Below, one piece after another: positions 46,226 through 64,000 of a stretch of DNA of 64,000 nt. The notes under the pieces are model-generated. The model worked only from the letters and a program-made list of their open reading frames with translations. It made no database searches and was not told where the DNA came from. Source of the stretch: Ylistrum balloti (taxonomy: Eukaryota); NCBI RefSeq assembly GCF_031769215.1, contig NW_026782192.1, positions 496,001-560,000 on the forward strand, read 5' to 3'. The position numbers and the translations under genes were made by a program. Position 1 is the first letter of the stretch, and each line of letters starts with the position of its first letter.

Positions 46226-48999
46226 CGGTCTAGAGAATAGTGTAGAGGTCCGGAGACTATCGGTATAGAGAATGGTGTATAGGTCCAGAGACCACCGGTC
46301 TAGAGAATGGTGTATAAGTCCAGAGATTACCGGTATAGAGAATGGTGTATAGGTCCAGAGACAACCGGTCTAGAAAATGGTGTACAGGTCCAGAGACTTC
46401 CGGTCTAGAGAATGGTGTTTAAGTCCAGAGACTTCCGGTATAGAGAATGGTGTATAGGTCCAGAGACTACCGGTCTAGAGAATGATGTATAGGTCCAGTG
46501 ATTATCGGTCCTGAGAATGGTGTATAGGTCCAGAGACTATCGGCCTAGAGAATGGTATATAGGTCCAGAGACTACCGGTCTAGAGAATGGTGTATAGGTC
46601 CAGAGACTATCGGTCTACAGAATGGTGTATAGGTCCAGAGACTACCGGTCTAGAGAATGGTGTTTAGGTCCAGAGATTACAGGTCTAGAGAAAGGTGTAT
46701 AGGTCTAGAGACTACCGGTCTACAGAATGGTGTAAAGGTCCAGAGACTACCAGTCTAAAGAATGATGTATAGGTCTAGAGACTACCGGTCTAGAGAATGG
46801 TGTAAAGGTCCAGAGACTACCAGTCTAAAGAATGGTGTATAGGTCCAGAGACTTCCGGTCTAGAGAATGGTGTAAAGGTCCAGAGACTACCAGTCTAAAG
46901 AATGGTGTATAGGTCCAGAGACTTCCGGTCTAGAGAATGGTGTATAGGTCCAGAGACTATCGGTCTAGAGAATGGTATATAGGTCCAGAGATTATCGGTA
47001 TAGAGAATAGTGTATAGGTCCAGAGACTATCGGTATAGAAAATGGTGTATAGGTCCAGAGACTATCGGTATAAAGAATGGTGTATAGGTCCAGATTCTAC
47101 CGGTCTAGAGAATGGTGTATAGGTCCAGAGATTATCGGTATAGAGAATAGTGTATAGGTCCAGAGACTATCGGTATAGAGAATAGTGTATAGGTCCAGAG
47201 ACTATCGGTATAGAGAATGGTGCACAGGTCCAGAGACTATCGGTATAGAGAATGGTATATAGGTCCAGAGACTATCGGTCTAGAGAATGGTATATAGGTC
47301 CAGAGACTATCGGTCTAGAGAATGGTATATAGGTCCAGAGACTATCGGTCTAGAGAATGGTGTATAGGTCCAGAGACTATCGGTATAAAGAATGGTATAT
47401 AGGTCCAGAGACTATCGGTCTAGAGAATGGTATATAGGTCCAGAGACTATCGGTCTAGAGAATGGTATATAGTTCCAGAGACTATCGGTATAGAAAATGG
47501 TATATAGGTCCAGAGACTATCGGTATAGAGAATAGTGTATAGGTCCAGAGACTACCGGTCTAGAGAATGGTATATAGGTCCAGAGACTATCGGTCTAGAG
47601 AATGGTATATAGTTCCAGAGACTATCGGTATAGAGAATAGTGTATAGGTCCAGAGACTATCGGTATAGAGAATGGTGCACAGGTCCAGAGACTATCGGTA
47701 TAGAAAATGGTATATAGGTCCAGAGACTATCGGTATAGAGAATGGTGTATAGGTCCAGAGACTATCGGTCTACAGAATGGTGTATAGGTCCAGAGACTAC
47801 CGGTCTAGAGAATGGTGTTTAGGTCCAGAGATTACAGGTCTAGAGAAAGGTGTATAGGTCTAGAGACTACCGGTCTACAGAATGGTGTAAAGGTCCAGAG
47901 ACTACCAGTCTAAAGAATGATGTATAGGTCCAGAGACTATCGGTCTAGAGAATGGTATATAGTTCCAGAGACTATCGGTATAGAAAATGGTATATAGGTC
48001 CAGAGACTATCGGTCTAGAGAATGGTGTATAGGTCCAGAGACTATCGGTCTAGAGAATGGTGTATAGGTCCAGAGACTATCGGTATAGAGAATGGTGTAT
48101 AGGTCCAGAGATTATTGGTATAGAGAATGGTGTATAGGTCCAGAGACTATCGAGAGATTATAGAGAATGGTGTATCCAGAGACTAGGTCCAGAGACTATC
48201 GGTCTAGAGAATGGTGTATAGGTCCAGAGATTATTGGTATAGAGAATAGTGTATAGGTCCAGAGACTATCGGTATAGAAAATGGTGTATAGGTCCAGAGA
48301 CTATCGGTCTAGAGAATGGTATATAGGTCCAGAGACTATCGGTATAGAGAATGGTGTATAGGTCCAGAGACTATCGGTATAGAGAATGGTGTATAGGTCC
48401 AGAGACTATCGGTATAGAGAATGGTATACAGGTCCAGAGACTATCGGTCTAGAGAATGGTGTATAGGTCCAGAGACTATCGGTATAGAGAATGGTGTATA
48501 GGTCCAGAGACTATCGGTATAGAGAATGGTGTATAGGTCCAGAGACTATCGGTCTAGAGAATGGTGTATAGGTCCAGAGATTATTGGTATAGAAAATGGT
48601 ATATAGGTCCAGAGACTATCGGTATAGAGAATGGTGTATAGGTCCAGAGACTATCGGTATAGAGAATGGTGTATAGGTCCAGAGACTATCGGTCTAGAGA
48701 ATGGTGTATAGGTCCAGAGATTATTGGTATAGAGAATGGTGTATAGGTCCAGAGACTATCGGTATAGAAAATGGTGTATAGGTCCAGAGACTATCGGTAT
48801 AGAGAATGGTGCACAGGTCCAGAGACTATCGGTATAGAGAATGGTATATAGGTCCAGAGACTATCGGTATAGAGAATGGTGTATAGGTCCAGAGACTATC
48901 GGTATAGAGAATGGTGTATAGGTCCAGAGACTATCGGTATAGAAAATGGTATATAGGTCCAGAGACTATCGGTCTAGAGAATGATGTATAGGTCCAGAG
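46226..48999. repeat. 35-bp satellite, ~79 copies
   Basis: Unit GGTCCAGAGACTATCGGT(A/C)TAGAGAATGGTGTATA. Confidence 0.98.
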
Positions 49000-50497
49000 T
49001 AAAGTTCCTTTTTTATTATTTTTATTATGCGTTTTCAAATCAATTTAGAGTTATGAAATAAGTGACAGGAAACGCAAACATTGACGTGACCGATTTAGGC
49101 GGGAAACCATTTTTCTTACAGATGTAAGTGTTTTGTGCGCATGCGTTATCATATATGACGCCAAAATGTACATATCCAGAGTACTTTCAGAATATTTTGT
49201 TGTCATGGTGGTATTGACAGTAGGAATTGGGCAACAGGCAGAGCCTATGAAAGCCCTCTCCTTACAGTGCATAAGCAAGTATACAGACACATCAATCAAA
49301 ATTAGAGATAACAGATAATAATAATATTAGGAATAAGAATGTAGAAGATAGATTCAAATGGATGATTATATAACCGAAATGCAAAAAAGGCATCACCATC
49401 GTTTGTATTATAGGGTTCCAGAACAGTAACATAAACTAAAAAATACAAATTAGGTATCACAAGATATTACAAGACTGGGTCAAAATATGTCCATTTGTGG
49501 TGGGACAGGCTGCAGGTTCAAACAGTCCATATGACGCCAAAATGTACATATCCAGAGGGTTGATCAACAGATAAGGATTTCCATTATATGATTATTAATC
49601 AACCTCTTTAGGCGCATATTTCAGTGAAAACCAACTGTCATTGTCCATATGAAGTAATATCGTTTTGCCGTAATGTTGCTTTCCGTTTTGTTATTCTGTA
49701 ACAAAACGGACTGTAGATAATTTCCTTTAAAAGACAACAACAGTTACGAGTGATAATTCTGGACAGAAGCTTCATTTATTCACGACAAACATGAAGGCTA
49801 GACACTACATCGAAAACACTAGTATTACAGATGATTTATCTGATATAATACCGTATCATTACAATACTCACTTTATACTATTCCAGCAGTTTCATGTTTA
49901 CACCATTGTTTAGTTCTCAAAACGTATCGCAGGTTGACAACATGTAAACGTCTTCTTTAACGTAAATGTATATACGGAACTGCTGCCTGACACGACAAGC
50001 TTTTAACCAGAATCACTTTGATATGTTAAATGAAATTATATGTAATTATTGTGTGGTCCCTCAGACGAATGATACTCTAGAATGTCTGGTGTTGTTCTGT
50101 ATCTGACATTTAACTAATCTCCAGGTGTGGAGATCGCACGTGATTTCGCTCCCTCCTCTGCCACAGCCTATACATTCGGTCACTGATACCACTCTTTCCT
50201 TGTTAATAATTGATGACACTCGGTCGACTGACTTTCATAATTGCGTCTTCAATTTGAAATGTAACCAGTAGATAAATTCCCTGGGAAAATCACAGACCAG
50301 TAACTTTCCTCCGCCAGGCAAACTAGGAAAATGTGATCTGTCGATATTAAGTTTCTAATGGACATTGGTTTTAAGCCTACAAATTGTCATACATATATAA
50401 GCTTCTTCCGTAATTCTTATTTTAATTCTTGTAGTTTGAATTGTTCTTTCAAAATTATCAATTTTGAAACAAGAAAATAGTCCATCAATTATAAGAG

Positions 50498-50550
50498 CCA
50501 ATGAAATGTCGCTATCAGTGCGGAAGAATCTGTAGACGGATGTATAAATA
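50498..50550 (+). promoter_or_regulatory. Copy 6 promoter: CCAAT-N17-GCGGAAGA plus TATAAATA
   Basis: CCAAT 50498-50502, GCGGAAGA 50520-50527, TATAAATA 50543-50550. Confidence 0.7.
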
Positions 50551-50622
50551 CAAGACATCATTCGGTGTGTTATATCTGAAGAAGACAGCGCTAGGATAAG
50601 CACGTGATACAAGTCAGCCATC

Positions 50623-59252
<8,630 letters not shown>

Positions 59253-59398
59253 GTTTGCTATTAGAAATGAACATACGTGGAAAGATTCTCATACTAAACA
59301 TTGCTTTGGCCAACGCTTGTAAGAAATATGGGGGAAAAACCCTGACAATCACTTGTGTAATATGACATGTATTTCGGAACAACTTTTGATATTTGATG

Positions 59399-59404
59399 AA
59401 TAAA
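59399..59404 (+). terminator. Candidate poly(A) signal AATAAA, copy 6
   Basis: Canonical hexamer ~145 bp after the stop. Confidence 0.5.
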
Positions 59405-59971
59405 ACTTTTAACAATAATTGTAATCACGACCAATGTTGGAAAATAATGATGCCATTCTGTAGAACTCTAGAAGTAGTGTTTAATCTCAGACATTTTAAT
59501 GTAGGAGTATTCCCCACACTGATCTTCTCCACACTTCCTGCGTTTTAGACGTTTGTTACACTTCAAATCTGACGACTGGTGATTACAAGAACGAGCTGCT
59601 AGAGAGAATCCATACTGGCTTATCTCTTACTGGTGTATGTTTAATGTGATATCACAAATGATAGAACAAAACCAGTCGCTGCTAATATAACTTTATTTAA
59701 TTCAAATGATAATATTTTTCATAAAAAAGGGGAAACTTTTTACCGTTAAGTTCTCAAAACACCTATTATATGAACACTGAAAAAATCAACATAGCTACTT
59801 TTCACGTTTTAGCAGACACAGAAAAACCTGAAATATGGGTATTAAGATATAATTTCGGTAAGTCGTAAAGTAATGCATGAATTCTTCTGGTGTTTTAGTT
59901 TCATAAGACACGCGAACAAATGCTTATATATCATACATTAGCCATGGCATCGATGTTTTGAATGTTGGTCG

Positions 59972-60364
59972 GTGTGATAACACCGTCACGTGATCTACAT
60001 AATATTCAGTGTGATAACACCGTCACGTGATCTACATAATATTCAGTGTGATAACACCGTCACGTGATCTACATAATATTCAGTGAAATAACACCATCAC
60101 GTGATCTACATAATATTCAGTGTGATAACACCGTCACGTGATCCACATAATATTCAGTGTAATAACACCATCACGTGATCTACATAATATTCAGTGTGAT
60201 AACACCGTCACGTGATCTACATAATATTCAGTGTAATAACACCGTCACGTGATCTACATAATATTCAGTGTAATAACACCGTCACGTGATCTACATCATA
60301 TTCAGTGTAATAACACCGTCACGTGATCTACATCATATTCAGTGTAATAACACCGTCACGTGAT
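59972..60364. repeat. 37-bp minisatellite with TCACGTGA, ~10.6 copies
   Basis: Unit GTGT(G/A)ATAACACCGTCACGTGATCTACATAATATTCA. Confidence 0.97.
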
Positions 60365-60991
60365 CTTCCCTTGCTTTAGGGTAGTTCACCTTTATCTACC
60401 CGAGAATGATATTCTTGATTCTCTATCCCGGAATTTTGCTTTAGACGTTCTCATGTTTCTCCTTCCTAAACTTAGATGATGGTCCTTTTTTAACCAGCAT
60501 TTACATAGTGAATGCCAGTAGAATGTGAATATATACCCCGTTATGTTGTCTGTATAAGTTCTATTACATAATTCCCAGATAACATTATGTGTGACACATA
60601 CGTTATGTTCTACAGTTTTTAGTTCAAGAAACTATTAACTATCCGGACACGGATTATAAGTCTCGCATTCAGATTCCGTACATTTGTTTAATTTCCGGAA
60701 CTAATATTTAACGGTGTTTACCACTCAGATATTTCACGAAAATAAAGTTTGAACATGTCTATGGACTAGTGTCACGATATACAGGCATAACAGATATTTT
60801 CCGAGATTTTCATTCACTGTAGAAATGTTCACTAGTTATGTAATTTCACGCTATCTGTATTAACCGCGAATACAGTGAAATTAAATCCCGACGAATATTT
60901 ACCAATTAAACAGTAATTGAATAAATATGGCGAGATTCATAGTAGAACTCTAAACTACGTGTGAAGCTAGAGAGGATCTCATGAAAGGTTG

Positions 60992-61485
60992 TGTGCTGAT
61001 CGATAGATCCATTACATCTACCATTCTGTACTAATCGATAGATCCATTGCATCTACCATTCTGTACTGATCGATAGATCCATTGTATCTACCATTCTGTA
61101 CTGATCGATAGATCCATTGTATCTACCATTCTGTACTGATCGATAGATCCATTGTATCTACCATTCTGTACTGATCGATAGATCCATTGTATCTACCATT
61201 CTGTACTGATCGATAGATCCATTGTATCTACCATTCTGTACTGATCGATAGATCCATTGTATCTACCATTCTGTACTGATCGATAGATCCATTGTATCTA
61301 CCATTCTGTACTGATCGATAGATCCATTGCATCTACCATTCTGTACTGATCGATAGATCCATTGTATCTACCATTCTGTACTGATCGATAGATCCATTGT
61401 ATCTACCATTCTGTACTGATCGACAGATCCATTGTATCTACCATTCTGTACTGACCGATAGATCCATTGCATCTACCATTCTGTA
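60992..61485. repeat. 35-bp minisatellite, 14 copies
   Basis: Unit TGTACTGATCGATAGATCCATTGTATCTACCATTC. Confidence 0.97.
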
Positions 61486-62111
61486 AAATAAGGGAAATGT
61501 CGACATGTAAACAGAAATTCAAAATCAATGAAATGATGACGGAATATAAGTTGGACCTTTACCAGGAGATTTATCAAAATAAAAAGAAAGGGACCATAAG
61601 CTTCCTAATGGTCAGCGTCATCGGCTTCACTGGGCCTATGTAAAGTATGTCTTGTTCTCAAACTGGGAATCAGAATAAGGCCTTGAAATATTCAATCAAC
61701 TTCGACATGTTAGCACCGTAAAATTGGGTAGCGAGGTTAATATTTTTGAAAAATAGTATGTTCATCATAGGGAAATTCAATGAGTTTTTATCTCTTTTTT
61801 ATCAACTTTATCAAATTCTATATTTGTATTGAAATGTGCTATTCTTACGTGAGTCTTTTGTTAAGTCATCCTTTCATAGGTAAAATACAGAGTAACAAAA
61901 GAGTGATATGTTCAGTGTTTAAGCAACCGTCGGTAACACGTTATATGTGGGATTATTACAAATCTGTGGACATAAAATATCCATTCACAAGGATTAAAGC
62001 ACAGAGAAGAACATGGGAGTAACACATTTACCTTGTGTTTAAATAGTAACAGACCTATCTCAGAATAATCAATTACAATATCCCTGCATCCTCACCCTAT
62101 CGTGTTTACAG

Positions 62112-64000
62112 ACAGAAAACTATATACCTGTCAGTGTTACATCATCTATAGTACCAAACACCTTCCACACAGAACACTATATACCTATCAGTGTTACATC
62201 ATCATCTATAGTACCAAACACCTTCCACACAGAACACTATATACCTATCAGTGTTACATCATCATCTATAGTACCAAACACCTTCCACACAGAACACTAT
62301 ATACCTATCAGTGTTACATCATCATCTATAGTACCAAACACCTTCCACACAGAACACTATATACCTATCAGTGTTACATCATCATCTATAGTACCAAACA
62401 CCTTCCACACAGAACACTATATACCTATCAGTGTTACATCATCATCTATAGTACCAAACACCTTCCACACAGAACACTATATACCTATCAGTGTTACATC
62501 ATCATCTATAATACCAAACACCTTCCACACAGAACACTATATACCTATCAGTGTTACATCATCATCTATAGTACCAAACACCTTCCACACAGAATATACC
62601 TATCAGTGTTACATCATCTTCTAGTACCAAACACCTTCCACACAGAACACTATATACCTATCAGTGTTACATCATCATCTATAGTACCAAACACCTTCCA
62701 CACAGAACACTATATACCTATCAGTGTTACATCATCATCTATAGTACCAAACTATATACCTTCCACACAGTATAACACTATATACCTATCAGTGTTACAT
62801 CATCATCTATAGTACCAAACACCTTCCACACAGAACACTATATACCTATCAGTGTTACATCATCATCTATAGTACCAAACACCTTCCACACAGAACACTA
62901 TATACCTATCAGTGTTACATCATCATCTATAGTACCAAACACCTTCCACACAGAACTATATACTATATACCTATCAGTGTTACATCATCATCATCATCTA
63001 TATACCAAACACCTTCCACACAGAACACTATATACCTATCAGTGTTACATCATCATCTATAATACCAAACACCTTCCACACAGAACACTATATACCTATC
63101 AGTGTTACATTATCATCTGTATACCTCTATATAGCTATATACCTATCAGTGTTACATCATCATCTGTATACCTCTATATAACTATATACCTATCAGTGTT
63201 ACATCATCATCTGTATACCTCTATATAACTATATACCTATCAGTGTTACATCATCTGTATACCTCTATATAACTATATACCTATCAGTGTTACATTATCA
63301 TCTGTATACCTCTATATAGCTATATACCTATCAGTGTTACATCATCATCTGTATACCTCTATATAACTATATACCTATCAGTGTTACATCATCATCTATA
63401 GTACCAAACACCTTCCACACAGAACACTATATACCTATCAGTGTTACATCATCATCTATATACCTCTATATAACATCATCTATATACCTATCATACCTCT
63501 ATATACCTCTATATACCTATCAGTGTTACATCATCATCTGTATACCTCTATATAACTATATACCTATCAGTGTTACACATCATCTGTATACCTCTATATA
63601 ACTATATACCTATCAGTGTATACCTCTATATACTATATACCTATCATCTGTATACCTCTATATAACTATATACCTATCAGTGTTACATCATCATCTATAT
63701 ACCTCTATATAACTATATACCTATCAGTGTTACATCATCTATATCTGTATACCTCTATATAACTATATACCTATCAGTGTTACATCATCATCTGTATACC
63801 TCTATATAACTATATACCTATCAGTGTTACATCATCTGTATACCTCTATATAACTATATACCTATCAGTGTTACATCATCATCTGTATACCTCTATATAA
63901 CTATATACCTATCAGTGTTACATCATCATCTGTATACCTCTATATAACTATATAACTATATACCTATCAGTGTTACATCATCATCTGTATACCTCTATAT
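62112..64000. repeat. 60-bp satellite changing to a related 47-bp unit; runs off the window
   Basis: TATATACCTATCAGTGTTACATCATCATCT followed by ATAGTACCAAACACCTTCCACACAGAACAC (60-mer), and from ~63100 mostly by GTATACCTCTATATAAC (47-mer). Confidence 0.97.

Noticed and set aside
61604-61636. CCTAATGGTCAGCGTCATCGGCTTCAC as a SINE or tRNA A-box head
   Set aside because: No B-box or tRNA-like structure follows.

Overview
Eukaryotic (metazoan) genomic DNA; a mollusc such as a bivalve is my guess from the AT-rich spacers, dense minisatellites, TA-flanked MITEs and a tRNA-derived SINE. The window holds a head-to-tail cluster of six intact beta-tubulin genes, all on the + strand, with ATGs at 1290, 10368, 21653, 29082, 39644 and 50623. 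Each has the same four coding exons (57, 109, 356 and 813-819 nt) and GT-AG introns after codon 19, inside codon 56 and after codon 174, encoding 444-446 aa proteins. About a third of the window (~22 kb, my tally) is made of roughly 25 mutually unrelated tandem arrays with 22-78 bp units. Main observations: (1) otherwise unalignable promoters share a fixed-spacing element, CCAAT-N17-GCGGA(A/G/T)G(A/G), exact in copies 2, 3, 5 and 6, N14 in copy 4 and degenerate in copy 1. (2) Long exon tracts are almost identical across copies, but the identity stops at splice junctions and skips exon 1, exon 2 of copy 4, codons ~312-390 and the tails. (3) Several of the surviving amino-acid differences line the colchicine/benzimidazole pocket. 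(4) Copy 4 has a duplicated in-frame acceptor and three perfect DR4 elements abutting its divergent exon 2. All long non-tubulin ORFs in the track are repeat or antisense artefacts. Residue numbers are sequential from Met1; repeat boundaries are approximate to a few bp.
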